From Candidatus Latescibacterota bacterium (lineage in GTDB: Bacteria > Latescibacterota > UBA2968 > UBA8231): a DNA stretch of 64,000 bases. The translations under genes and the position numbers were made by a program. Positions 30,598 through 42,441 of this stretch are shown here, one piece after another (within the stretch, counting starts at the first letter, position 1; every line of letters begins with the position of its first letter). The notes beneath the pieces were generated by a model that made no database searches, was not told the DNA's origin, and saw only the letters and a list, made by a program, of their open reading frames with translations. The stretch covers positions 3,200,001 to 3,264,000 of the forward strand of contig OZ242214.1 of assembly GCA_965206595.1 (NCBI GenBank), written 5' to 3'.

Positions 30598-32342
30598 CAG
30601 AGGTCGCCCAGTTCCTCGGTGAGGTGCTGGCGCCGGTACATCTCCGCGTAGAGGCCGTCGCGCGCGAGCAACTGGTCGTGGGTGCCCTCTTCGACGATGC
30701 GCCCTTCGTCGAGCACGATGATGCGGTCCGCGGCCATGACGGTGGAGACGCGGTGGGCGATGAGGATGGTGGTGCGCGCGGCCATGACGTCGCGCAGGCG
30801 TTCGAGGATCTGCTCTTCGGTGCGGGTATCGACGCTGGCCAGGGCATCGTCGAGGATGAGGATCTTCGGTTGCCGCACGATCGAACGGGCCAGGGCGGTG
30901 CGCTGCTTCTGGCCGCCCGACAGGGTGACGCCGCGCTCGCCGACGACGGTCTCCAGCCCTTCGGGAAAGGTGTCGAGGTCCGCGGCCAGCTGGGCCACAT
31001 CGAGGGCGCGTTCGACCTCGTCGGCGGCCGCCGAGTCGAGGGCGATGTTGTCGCGGATGCTCTCGGAGAACAGGAAAGTGTCCTGGGGCACGTAGCCGAT
31101 GGCGTCGCGGAAGGCGCGCAGCGGCATCTGTTCGATCGGTTTGCCGTCGATGAGGACCTGGCCCTCGCCGGCCTGGATGAGGCGGGGGATGAGCCGGGCC
31201 AACGTGCTCTTTCCCGAGCCGACGCGGCCGACGATGGCCAGGGTGCTGCCGGCCGGAATGTGAACGTCTATGTCGCGCAGCACCGGTTGGCCGTCGTACG
31301 CAAAGAAGGCGCCGCGGAATTCGATTTCCCCTCTGATCGCCTGGCCGTCGTCCCGGTGATGATCGGCCTGGGGCTTTTCCTGGAGCACCGACTCGATGCG
31401 CAGCATCGAAGCCATGGCGCGCTGGTACTCGTCGACGATGCGGCCCATCATCATCATCGGGCGGCTGATACGGATCAGGTAGGCGTTGAAGGCGACGAAG
31501 GCCCCCAGGGTGAGTGTGCCCTCGACGACGCGAATTCCGCCCAGCCACAGGATGAACACCATGGACAGGCCGCTGAGGAGGAAGGTGAAGGGGAAGAACG
31601 TGCTGTAGAGGTAGATCAGGCGGCGGTTGCGTTCGACGTACTCGTCGTTGAGCCGGGCGAAGCGGTCGATCTCGCCGCGGCGGCGGGCGAACGCCTTGAC
31701 CACGCGCATGCCCGAGAGGTTCTCCTGCAGGCAGGTGCTGATGGCGGCGAACTGCTCCTGGACCATGCGGTAGCGCCGGCGCACCTTGCCGCCGACCAGG
31801 CGCAGGATCAGCGTCATGACGGGCATGGGCAACAAGGCGTAGAGGGTCAGCTGCCAGTCGTACAGGCACATGGCAACCATGCTGAAGCTGAAGCCGAGCA
31901 CGGCGCTCAGGAACATGCGGAAGCCGTGGCTCAGGTAGCGCTGCACGGCCTCGACGTCGTTGGTCGCCCGGGCCATCAGATCCCCGGTGCGGGCCTGCTG
32001 GAAATAGCCCAGGGGCAAGGTGAGAAGGTGGTCGAAGTAGCGCTGGCGGATGTCGCGCTCGACGCGGTAGGAGGTGGCCGCCAGGTGCCAGCGCATGCCG
32101 AAGGCCATGCCCCACTGCGCCAGACCCAGGCCGACGATGAGGACAGCGAAGTGCGTCAGGAAGGTCAGGTCCGGTGCGGTTTGATCGAGGCTTGCCCGGG
32201 CCTGGTTGATGGCGCGTTCGAGGACGAGGGGAATGGAGACGGAAACGAGCTGTTCCCCCACCAGAAAGCCCAGGCCGGCGGCCAGGGCCCAGCGGTAGGG
32301 GCGGAGGTAGAAGGCGAACGGTTTGAAGGGATTCAGGCTCAT
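30597..32342 (-). CDS. ABC exporter, fused permease/ATPase (MdlA-like heterodimer partner)
   Basis: RTGDLMARATND, GRVGSGKST, LSGGQKQR, degenerate Walker B ILDDAL. Confidence 0.93.
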   Translation of the reverse strand: MSLNPFKPFAFYLRPYRWALAAGLGFLVGEQLVSVSIPLVLERAINQARASLDQTAPDLTFLTHFAVLIVGLGLAQWGMAFGMRWHLAATSYRVERDIRQRYFDHLLTLPLGYFQQARTGDLMARATNDVEAVQRYLSHGFRMFLSAVLGFSFSMVAMCLYDWQLTLYALLPMPVMTLILRLVGGKVRRRYRMVQEQFAAISTCLQENLSGMRVVKAFARRRGEIDRFARLNDEYVERNRRLIYLYSTFFPFTFLLSGLSMVFILWLGGIRVVEGTLTLGAFVAFNAYLIRISRPMMMMGRIVDEYQRAMASMLRIESVLQEKPQADHHRDDGQAIRGEIEFRGAFFAYDGQPVLRDIDVHIPAGSTLAIVGRVGSGKSTLARLIPRLIQAGEGQVLIDGKPIEQMPLRAFRDAIGYVPQDTFLFSESIRDNIALDSAAADEVERALDVAQLAADLDTFPEGLETVVGERGVTLSGGQKQRTALARSIVRQPKILILDDALASVDTRTEEQILERLRDVMAARTTILIAHRVSTVMAADRIIVLDEGRIVEEGTHDQLLARDGLYAEMYRRQHLTEELGDL

Positions 32343-32473
32343 GCGCTGTTTTGTGGGAAGCCAATATCCTACCATTCACGAACGGCACGGCGCAAACGCC
32401 TGACACGGCAATTCGCGCCGCGGCCTGCCGCCGCACCCCCCGTGAGATCCCCCTTTCGACACGGAGAAACCCG

Positions 32474-33118
32474 ATGACGCCGGAACAGCCCGCCCCGTAC
32501 CCCGTTCGGTTCTCGATCGACTACCCCGGGTCCAGCCGCAGACTCACCGCCTTCTTCAGGATGGTCCTGGCGATCCCGATCCTCATCCTTCTCGGTCTGG
32601 TGAGCGGCTCCGTCCCCGCGGACGACGCGACCGACTACGAGTGGACGGCTCCGCTCCTGACGGGTGGGGTGTTGTGGCTTGCCCCGATGCTGATGATCCT
32701 GATCCGCCGCAAGTACCCGCGCTGGTGGTTCGACTGGAACCTGGAGCTGGCTCGCTTCGCGACCAGGGTAACGGCCTACCTGATGCTGCTCCGCGACGAC
32801 TACCCGTCCACCGACGAACCGCAGGGGGTCCGCCTCGACATCCCGTACCCCGACGTGGAAAGCGAGCTGAGCCGGTTCCTGCCCCTGGTCAAGTGGATCC
32901 TGGCGATTCCGCACTACATCGCCCTGGCCGTCGTCGGCAGCCTGGCAGTGGCGGTGACCGTCATCGCCTGGGTCGCGATCCTGATCGCCGGGCGCTACCC
33001 GAGGGAGCTGTTCCTGTTCGTGGAAGGGACGCTGCGCTGGGGCCTGAGGGTCGGAGCCTACGCCTTCCTGCTGACCACCGACAGGTACCCGCCGTTCCGC
33101 TTCGGCGCCGATTCCTGA
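32474..33118 (+). CDS. DUF4389 family membrane protein
   Basis: Duplicated LAIPH..YPR..F...RV.AY..L..D.YP motif. Confidence 0.85.
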   Translation: MTPEQPAPYPVRFSIDYPGSSRRLTAFFRMVLAIPILILLGLVSGSVPADDATDYEWTAPLLTGGVLWLAPMLMILIRRKYPRWWFDWNLELARFATRVTAYLMLLRDDYPSTDEPQGVRLDIPYPDVESELSRFLPLVKWILAIPHYIALAVVGSLAVAVTVIAWVAILIAGRYPRELFLFVEGTLRWGLRVGAYAFLLTTDRYPPFRFGADS

Positions 33119-33338
33119 GACCATACAAATGGAGCGCATTCACTATGCAATCGGGAATTATATAGATAACTACGCAAGCGCAACTTTAGTAATCTCATCC
33201 GCGAATTTAAAGATAATATGGTATAATATAATAGAGAAAATACCAGAGAGAAGGACATCCCAGATCCTCAAGTGTTTAGCCCGGAAATGGGAGGATGTCG
33301 GCGACTGGCACTGCATATTATTTCGTTCTCCAATAGTC

Positions 33339-34194
33339 AGAACCTATCTCAAAATTGAAATTGTTTAAGTAAAATCAAAATGGATGCAAGTTGGACGAAG
33401 CCAAGAAAATTCTTCGGATACAATTCCCAGCGAGTGATCACTCGACGCTGCCATTGAAGCCAAGCAAAGAATCTCTCAACCATCCAAGGCCGCACATAAC
33501 GCCGCAATCGCCGTCCGTCCTGAGTCTTTTTCTTGGTCCGATTCTGGCGATGCGGGGCGATCATCTCGATCCCGTCTTTCTTAAGCTCTTCATCCAACGA
33601 ATCGCTGTCGTACGCTTTGTCACCGATCAAGTTGTCAGGTTGGTCTTCGATGAGGTAAAAGTCAAAGGTCAACTGAACCAGCGTCACTTCATGATGGTTC
33701 GCTGCATGCGTGCTCACCGACAAGGGAAGCCCATTGCCGTCCACGATCCCCATGACCCGCACCCCCTTACCTCGCTTGGTGTGGCCGATATCGGCACCTC
33801 CACCCTTGGCCGCCGAGAACATGCCATCGATGAAAGCCTCCGATTCGTCCAGGCCCCCTTGCTCGTGAAGGGTCTGGGCCAGGTCCATGAGAACTTCGCG
33901 CACCACCCCTTGACGACACCCGTTTTGAAAACGGCGATGCACGGTTTTGTAGTTCGGATAGCACTGCGGCAACATAGGCCATTGAGCCCCGGTGTTTAGA
34001 ATCCAAAGGACGGCTTCAAAAACATCACGGGTGCAAACCGGTTTGCGACCCGGATGGCTCTTGGGACGAAGTTCTTCAGGAAAGTGATGGCGGATTCGTT
34101 GCCATTGCATGTCGGTCAGATTGACCATACACCAATGGTACATCACTGTCATTTCGAAAACAAGTTTAAGTTTGCCTGTTTTGAGATAGGTTCT
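33339..34194 (-). mobile_element. IS5-family element, copy 2
   Basis: 16-bp TIRs AGAACCTATCTCAAAA / TTTTGAGATAGGTTCT; nearly identical to 8931-9787. Confidence 0.95.
33349..34128 (-). CDS. IS5-family transposase (uninterrupted frame)
   Basis: MVNLTDMQW...FIDG...GDKAYDSD...VERFFAWL. Confidence 0.9.
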   Translation of the reverse strand: MVNLTDMQWQRIRHHFPEELRPKSHPGRKPVCTRDVFEAVLWILNTGAQWPMLPQCYPNYKTVHRRFQNGCRQGVVREVLMDLAQTLHEQGGLDESEAFIDGMFSAAKGGGADIGHTKRGKGVRVMGIVDGNGLPLSVSTHAANHHEVTLVQLTFDFYLIEDQPDNLIGDKAYDSDSLDEELKKDGIEMIAPHRQNRTKKKTQDGRRLRRYVRPWMVERFFAWLQWQRRVITRWELYPKNFLGFVQLASILILLKQFQF

Positions 34195-36368
34195 TGGCAT
34201 ATCGACGAGAGAGCAGGGTGGGGCCGGGACGACAACGAGTGGGAGAGGTGGAAGACCGTTGACTTGGAGTGTGCCGATGGCCTCTGGACGACCCGTCCAG
34301 GCGTGGGGGCAAATACGGTATCAGGCGGGGATCACCTGGACTTCTATCACTCGGTGGGGCCAAACGAGTCTCAGCAGTTCGGCGGAGACCTTGGCGGTGC
34401 CACCGATCTGTGGGACGGCAGCTCGGGCAGGCAGGATTTCACCCCGGAAACCAATCCCTCAACAGCTGGATACGAGCCCTCGCCAAGGCCGGCCGATAGA
34501 TTCCCGCAGCCCATAGAGAAAAACCAGAACGTTTTCAGTGGCATCTATATTGAAAACATCCGGCGGGAATCCGGAGACCCCCCTGGCGTTATGAAGTTTG
34601 ATGTTCGCTTTGCGCCGCTGGCTCCCAATAACCTGGAAGCCGCCATCGGCGAGGATCGGGTGCAGCTCAGTTGGACCAAGCCATCTGCCAACGGTGCGAC
34701 AGTTGCTTCAAACAAGGTGCGACATCGTCCCAGTGCGGACGCAAATTGGACGGCGGAAACACCGGTGGCAGCGCCTGACAATGACGATGATGTGGTAAGC
34801 CATACTGTCACGGGACTGACTATCGACACTCAGTACCTCTTTGAAGTGGCCGCCGTCAGCGGGAGACAAAATGAGTTGCCGGGCCTTGAGGGCTTATCCG
34901 TTAGCTACACGGCAACGACCCAACGGGCTATTAGACGGACCGAGGTCCCCCCCCTGGTTTTTGCGGAGATACATCAGGGTGCCGGGAGCTGGGAAAGCTA
35001 TGTGGACAGGTTTGCAAAAACCGGCTCGTATGATTGGTCGTTGGAAGGTCTCGATATGTTGCAGTTCCGACTGGATGAAACAGAGGGCGGGTTTCAGAAG
35101 TTGCATTTCAGGAACCCTCCCAACTATGAGTCTCCGGTAGACACACCTAAAGGCGACAATACCGAAGGGGACAATATCTACGAAGTGACGGTGAAGGCCG
35201 AACCGTCGGGTCCGAGCGGGGCAAGCAGTCCTGATCATCGTTATATGATCCCGGTTACCGTTGAGGTAACCACTGAAAATGAAAGGGGCAAAGTGACGGT
35301 GACGCCTGACCGTTACCAAGTGGACGTGGAGCTGACCGCGACCCTGACAGACCCCGACAGCCCTGACCCGAATAAACCCCCCTACCGGGATCAATTGGCA
35401 ATGGAAGCGGGGATCGGTATTCGACCATAATGGCACTCTCACCCGGAGTCCAGATCTTCCAGACCCGATTATGGGTGCCACTGATTCGCGGTACACTCCG
35501 GTTGCAGAAGATATTGGCTATGAACTGATTGCTGAAGTTGGCTATACCGATGGTCATGGCCCAGGGAAAAAGGCACTTTCGCCGCTGCCCGTCCCGCCGA
35601 AGGTGGTGGTTGATGTGCCCTCGGCGCCTGGAAACCTGCAGGCGGCTCCTCGCGACCGTTCGGTGCTCCTGACTTGGGAGTCAGCTTCGGACAACGGTTC
35701 AGCGCTTACCCGGTATGAGTATCAGCAGAGCACGGACGGGGGGACTACTTGGTCTCCGGGCTGGACAACGATTGCCCTTCCCGCGGACACGGATGCGGCC
35801 GATCTCACCGAGCATACGGTCACAGGGCTGACCAACGGCACCGTGTACACTTTTGAGGTGCGGGCGGTCAACGCGATCGGGGAGGGCGCTGCGGCGCAGG
35901 TTACCCTGCCCCCTGAGAACCTGCGGGCGCGATGGGTTTTCGCCGGTTCCCATCTTTTGGCGAGCCACAAAGCGCAGCTGACCTGGGACGATCCGGACGA
36001 CGCCCGCATCACGGGGTGGGACTATCGGCAGAAGGCGGGCGCTGCGGCCTGGGGTTCCTGGCAGCAGATAACCGGTAGCAGTGCGACTACGGTCACGCAT
36101 TCGGTGGAGGCCGTGCAAATCTGGCGGCCGTACCGGTTCCAGGTGCAGGCCCGTTACGGCCCCGGGACCGACGACACCGGGCCGGAATCGGCCGAGGCGG
36201 TGCTGACCCCCTTGCCGGTGTTCACCCAGCCGCCTGCGGTGATCCAGAATAGCGGCGACGGCAAGGCGCAGTTCAAGGTGGGGTTCGACTTCCCGGTCGG
36301 CGACGTGGATCTGCCCGACGGCCTGGTGCCGAATGAATACATCGAGATGGAGGTTACCAAAACCACGG

Positions 36369-36403
<35 letters not shown>

Positions 36404-36914
36404 GACGACGGTAAGCGACTGGACGGCCCTATCGCAGCAGGGAATAGATGGGATACTGTCTGGCGTGGCCCTGGTAGCCGAATTCACGGACGGGGACCTG
36501 GCGCCGACCGAGGGTCTGGCTGGCGGGGGTACGGGACCGGACGATCCGACCGTTTCCCGTCAGGTGGTCGCGGTGATCCGGGTGTCGGGTCTGGACCCCG
36601 GGGCGACCTACGAATTCAAGGTGCGCTTTGTCCATCCGGACGGGGTGACGGAGTTGGAGCCGGCCTCGGCTTCGGTGTACGGGCTGCGTTGGCAGCGACC
36701 GACCGCCACCGCGGTGGCGTTGAGCTGGACGGACCCCAACAAGCCGTTTATCAGGACTTGGCAGTACCGTCAGCGGGCCGGCAGCGGCTCGTGGGAGCTC
36801 TGGCAGAACGTGAGCGACCCCGGCGCGACGACGACGACGCACCTGGTCTCGGGTCTCGAGGCGGAGGAGACCTACGAGTTCCAGGTGCAGGCGCTGGTGC
36901 CGGGGGGTCCGTTG

Positions 36915-37338
36915 GCCGAATCGTTCACGGTGTCGGCGGCTCCGAAGCCTTTGGTAGCGCCGGGTAACCTGCGGGCGGACCCCGGTCACGCGTCGATGAC
37001 GTTGCGTTGGGACGACGCGAACAATGCCCGCATCACCGGGTGGCAGTATCAGCAGCGGCAGGCCGGAGAGGATTGGGGAGCGTGGCAGCCGATCCCGGGC
37101 AGCACGGCGTCGACGACCTCGTATACGGTGCCGGACCTGACCAACGGGGTGAGCTACCGTTTCCGGGTGCGGGCCTTGGCCGGATCCCAGGAGGGTCCCC
37201 ACGGGAAGTCGGTGGGAGGTCCGCCCAACGGCTTGCGGGCCCAGGCGTTGAACGGCGCGGTAGAGCTGGTCTGGGCCGACCCGTCCGATTCCCGTATCGC
37301 GGGGTGGCAGTATCGGGTGCGCGAGGGTCAGGACAGCT
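36915..37338 (+). repeat. Shared FN3 block, copy A
   Basis: gccgaatcgttcacggtgtcggcggctccgaagcctttgg...ggtcaggacag; nearly identical at 48066, 57752 and 63280. Confidence 0.9.
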
Positions 37339-37368
37339 TTTTCGAGGCCATTCCAGATGGAGGCAACT

Positions 37369-38818
37369 ATGAAATTCACTTCTCATTTTGACAAGATGAA
37401 ACGGTTAATGCTCTTGCTGCTATTTCTGCTTGGCCACTTTACCAGGGGCGACGCTCAGGAAACGGACCCTCTGGAAATCAACCTGGCGGATTTCTTGCCC
37501 TTGGAGGTCGGCAACCGATGGACCTTTTCTCATGAGTATATAAATGAAATGTATTGGGTTTCGACTATGGAATGGGACGAGGAAGCTAGAGCATATTACA
37601 GGCAATTTGAGGTCCCTGGATATCCGATTGACGAGGCCGAACCACCCAGTTCCCTAACCCGACCAGATCCCGCAGTCCTCACGGTCGAAATAACGCATAC
37701 GGAGTGGATACACGGGGAGGAGTATTTTGTCTTTAGCGGGCCGTCGTATTCCTGGCCACCGCTGCCCGCGTTTTTTTTGGCTGGGCAGAAGGTGCGATTG
37801 TCGGAGGACGGTATTCTTTATTTCTCCATAAACCTCATCGACTTTGACCCACCCTTTCCCATCGATATTCCCCTGTATGATTTCGGGATGCCCTCACGGG
37901 AATACAACTATACCGTAAGCCTAAAGGACCCTACTTACCTTTCCTGGCCCTGGACCGAACAGATCGAGGTCTCTCGATTCATGGTTAATCGGCTAAATCA
38001 TCCTAAGTTTCCGGGTCACCCGTTTTATAAACCGCGTTATCCGCTGATTCCTGACCACCTGAATATAACGGTTAATCCACCGTATCGGGACAAGGTTTTG
38101 GAAGTTAGATTTATTTTAGATACCACTCCGGTTAACCGGTATCATGAAAATGATCATTTCGAGGCCAATTTTGTGCATGGATACGGGTTGGGACTTTCCA
38201 AGGTGGGAGATTTTGACCCTCTAGGGAACTACCTCCTGAATGTTCTTTATCCTGTTTCGGCCGTTCTGTCGGGAAAAGAGGTGTCCTACGAAGAGGCCAC
38301 GGCAAAACTCGTAACCTTGGTGGAACCCGATCTTATCCCGGTTGTGGGACAACTCGATTCCCTCTTCTACGGATTTGACTTCAGCGAAGGAACTGGTACC
38401 GATTACTTTGACCCCAAATCCGATATGGTGATTGACCAATATTGGGACGCTCATGCTGACTACGGCCGCCCGGCTTTTTTTATCTCAACCCTTGGAATAG
38501 CCGATCTGGGACGTGGTGATTTTGGCCGTTTGGTCTCCAGCGGGACCGCGGACTTGGAGCCGGATCCACATAGTACCGTCAGGAGAGACGGTATCAGAGA
38601 ATGGACGAAGATTCTCCAGGAAGGACATGTATATGCGTTCTGGACCCGAGAGGGAGGAATTGCGCTGACGCACGTTATTGAAATCGTCACGTTTCCATGG
38701 TCTTCTGGAAGGGTCAGATGCATACTGGTTGATTGGAAGTACTTCCCCCCCCTCCCCCGACCGGCCAACCTCGGTCAGGTTTACATCCTGGGGAGCGTTG
38801 AAAGACTCCTTTCGGTGA
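37369..38818 (+). CDS. Secreted hypothetical protein (DFLPLEVGN family, copy 1); +1 frameshift in the C8 run hides a SWGALK tail
   Basis: GGAGG RBS, signal peptide, paralog of 52516-53907. Removing one C at 38745-38752 gives FPPSPDRPTSVRFTSWGALKDSFR*. Confidence 0.8.
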
Positions 38819-39190
38819 AAAGGCAAGAACCCTTCCAGGGCAGCACCTGCATGAATTGGTCTACGATGGCCCGACACTTTCATTAGTTGGTTTCTCTTCC
38901 CCCATCTTTTTCGTTCGAAAGGACGGACAAAATGCGAATGATCCGCCTAGCACTCTGCATTCGAGGACTGGGTCCGGCGGGAAGGTGTTGTCGAGGAAGG
39001 AGCTGTGGCGGCCTTCAACCGGCGCCTGCTCGAGCGCGTGCACATCGAGGCCAAGCAGGCGGAAATCCACGCCACCTTGCAGCGGCCCCGGACGTGGACT
39101 TCAGGGGTGCTGCTCAACCACCTGGAGGACTGGCATTTCGCCCACCAGGGGTTGGAAGGGCTGTAGTTTCTTCAACTGCGGCTTCCCCGG

Positions 39191-41555
39191 TCACGGTTCC
39201 GGTTCCTGTCCCTTGGGCATGCGGTAGCCGACGCGCGGTTCGGCAAAGAGGTAAGTGGGGTTGGCGGCGTCGTCCTCGAGCTTGCGGCGGAGTCTGCGCA
39301 CGAGGCTGCGGATCACGCGCACATCCCCGGAGTGCGCAGGGCCCCAAATCCGTCGCAGCAGCCGTCCGTGGCTCACCACCCGTCCGGCGTTTACCGACAG
39401 CTCGAGGAGCAGGTCGTACTCCGCCGCGGTCAGTTTCAGCGTGGCCGGACAGGGTCACTCGCCGTTCGGCGTAGTCGACGGTCAGGCCGCCCAGCACATA
39501 CGGTTCGGTCGGCTCGTCCCCACTCCCCCCCTCCTGCTGGCGCAGGGCGGCCCGGATCCTGGCCACCAGCTCCGTGGGCGAGAACGGCTTGACGATATAC
39601 TCGGCGGCTCCGGCTTCGAAGGCATGTGCGATGACCTCATCCCTGCCGTAGCCGGACAGGAAGATGACCGGCACCTCGGCGATGCGGACGAGGTCCCGCA
39701 TCAGCTCGATGCCGTCGGTATCGGGCAGCACCAGGTCGAGCAGGACCAGGTGGGGCTTTTTCTCCTCCATGAGCAGGAGCGCCTCCTCCGGGTCGGCGGT
39801 CCCTGTCGGTGTGAAACCGGCCTGGGAGAGCGCCTTCCGGGCGTACCGGAGCGCCTGCGGATCGTCGTCGACTACGAGAATGCGCACCCCTTCTGCGGCT
39901 TTCTTCGGCGAGCCTGGAGCGGGCCGGGGTGCGGTTGCGGCCGCTTCGACCGCGGGAATCGTGAAGGTGGAGCGCGCGCCCGAACCGGGGCCGTCGCTCT
40001 GGGCCCGGATGCGGCCCCCGTGGGCCTCCACGATCCCCTTGCTGATGGCCAGGCCCAGGCCCGGCTCAGCGGTCCCGGGCGCCCCGTCCTCGCCCCCGGG
40101 TCGGGCGAACTTTCTGAACAGGTGCGGCAAGCGCTCGGCGGATATTCCCTTGCCCTCGTCGGCGACCGCGACGTGTACTCCCTGCCTCACCGCGGTCACC
40201 CGGATGACGGTCGCCATCGGCGAGTGCCTGGCGGCGTTGGACAGCAGGTTGTCCAGGACCTGGACGATGCGCCGCCGGTCCACCCTCACCAGGGGCAGGT
40301 CCGGCGCCAGATCGATATCGAGATGGTTCCTGCTCCCTCCGTTCAGGAAGGTGTTGCGGGCCCGGTCCACGAGGTCGGCGATCTCCACCGGTTCGGGTGA
40401 TACGGGCAGCGTGCCGGTCTCGATACGCGCCACGTCGAGCAGGTCGCCGATCAGCTCGCGCATGGCGTCGGCCTGATCGAGGATGATGCGGTGGAACTGG
40501 CGCATCTCCGCCGGGTCCAGATCGGGGGCGGCGTCCAGCAGCGCCGTCGCCGAGCCTCGGATCGAAGTCAGGGGGAGGCGCAGCTCGTGGCTGACCATGC
40601 CCAGAAGCTCGGCCCGCAGCCGCTCGAGCTCCTCCAGCGGGGTCAGGTCCTGCAAAGTCACGACCAACGACTCGACTTCGCCGGCCTCGGTATGGATGAA
40701 AGTGGCGTTGACCAGCACGGTGACCGAGCGGCCGTCGGGTACCTTCAGGACGATCTCCTCGGCCCGCACCGACTCCCCGCCGCTCAGCGCCTGGGACAGG
40801 GAGAGCTCTTCCAGGGAGATATCCGGTTGGTTCGCGCGCTCAATGGTCACAGTTTCCAGCAGGTTCTCGAAGGAATCATCCGTCTTCCCCAGACCGTCGA
40901 CGATCCTTCTCGCCTCCCGGTTGAAGGACACCAGCGCTCCCGTCTGCGCGTTGAAAACCGCCACCCCCACCGGCGAGGTGTTGATCAGGGTCTCCAGGTG
41001 CGTCCTGGCACGGCGCTCCTCCCGGTACTGACGGGCGTTGGCGATGACCAGGGCCGCCTGGGCGGCGAACATCAGCAGCGTCTCTTCGTCCTGGCGGGAG
41101 AACTTCTGTCCGGGATCCTCATGGGCGAGGTAGATGTTGCCCACCCCCGCATCCCGGTGACGGATCGGAGCCGTCAGGAAGGAGTTTATCTCGAGGGCTA
41201 TTGGGAAATTGGGGATGCCCACCGACCGGGTGTAGCCGTGAAAGTCGGCTCTCACCGGCTCCGGCAGGTTGCTGAGGTGCTCAAAGACTTCCCTTCCCCG
41301 GGGCATCTCCCACAGCCCCTGGGCCTCTTCGGGTGTCATGCCGGAGGCCAGGAAGTCCTCCAATTGCCCGGACTCATCGAGGGTGGTGATCACCCCGTAC
41401 CGGGCAGCGGTCAGCGTCCGGGCGCTGTCCAGGACTCTCTGCAACACCGTGTCCGGATCGAGGCTCTCCTTGATGTGGAGGCTGGCCCGGCTCAGGCCGG
41501 ACAGGCGCTCCCGCAGAGCCGCTATCTCCTGATCGCGCGGGTCGGATGGGGTCAT
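39191..41555 (-). CDS. Soluble hybrid sensor kinase/regulator (GAF, PAS, HisKA, HATPase, REC, OmpR-type wHTH); frameshift near 39441
   Basis: VSHELRLPL, DNLLSNA, DEGKGI, GLGLAISK, ILVVDDD, LLDL, VKPF; C-terminal LTAAEYDLL...LRRKL..PTYLFAEPRVGYR is in another frame. Confidence 0.85.
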
Positions 41556-41689
41556 CTTCTCTCCTCGGTTGAAGGGAATGCGGTGGTTTCCGGGATCGTC
41601 CGGCCTCCGGCTGAGCAGGGCAACGGGGTGGATGCCCATAATAGGGCGCCAGCCAAGCCGAATTAAGAACCGAAGGACCATTCAGGCAA

Positions 41690-42396
41690 AAAACCCCGCA
41701 ATATTCGACCCCCGCCTGGTGCCCGTGCGCCGGCATCGGCAGGGCATCCATGTCGACGGCCAACTCCTCGTATTTCATCCGTCCTTCCAGCAGCCGGCAA
41801 CGAGACCGGGCGCTGCGCAGGACGGCTTCCTCCAACACCTCGCGGTTATAGGCAGTCGAGGCTTGCTCGAGCAGGCGCGACAGCGTCGGCTGACTGGCCA
41901 GTCCCTGCGGCCGGTCTTCGTCGCCGCTGCGCAACGGCGCCTGCCCTTTGCGATCGCTGACCGCCAGACGCAGGATCGGATCTTGGCGCAACGCGTCGGC
42001 GTCGGCGGCGTGGGTCCAGCCCTGTGCCAGCAGCACGATCTGTGTGCGCAGCAGCTCCGGCAGCGGGTGCGTGATCTGGTCTTGGGTACGGAGATCCTCG
42101 AAGTGGGCGTCGACCCAATCCAGAACCCGGCTGTGTTCGAGCAGTTGACGCAACATCAGCGCACCGGTGTCGCTGCCAAGGTGGGTGGGGCGGGCTTCGA
42201 TGTGGATGGAGCGGTTGAAAGACGGCTGAATCGGCCCGGCTTGCTCGGACTCGGTGTGTGACGGTAATTCACCCATTGGGTGTCCTACTGTGTGATGGGT
42301 TCAAAGGGCGATACTGCCTTGTGTTTCCCTCTGAAATCTAAGCATGGGAGGCACCCAGTACAGCCCTCTCCACTAAAATTCCATGAATAACAAGGG
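41690..42396 (-). mobile_element. IS1380-family element, 5' remnant (transposase from 42276, truncated)
   Basis: SDTGALML, DDADALRQDP, LASQPTLSRL, VDMD..AHGHQ; left end CCCTTGTTATTCATG. Confidence 0.82.
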
Positions 42397-42441
42397 TTGA
42401 GTTATATTGTAGGTGGCAGATCAACCATCCGGAGTTTGAAT

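Noticed and set aside
27266-32436. 754-aa and 1205-aa ORFs suggesting fused sulfatase/ABC proteins
   Set aside because: The upstream extensions overlap neighbouring genes in other frames; plausible starts are 28720 and 30597.
34054-34194. Start of the 458-aa ORF as the N-terminus of giant A
   Set aside because: It lies inside IS5, antisense to the transposase; homology to giant C begins at WHIDE (34195).
38950-39167. ~70-codon start-less frame (EDWVRREG...HQGLEGL*)
   Set aside because: Possibly a gene remnant, but no start or family could be recognised.
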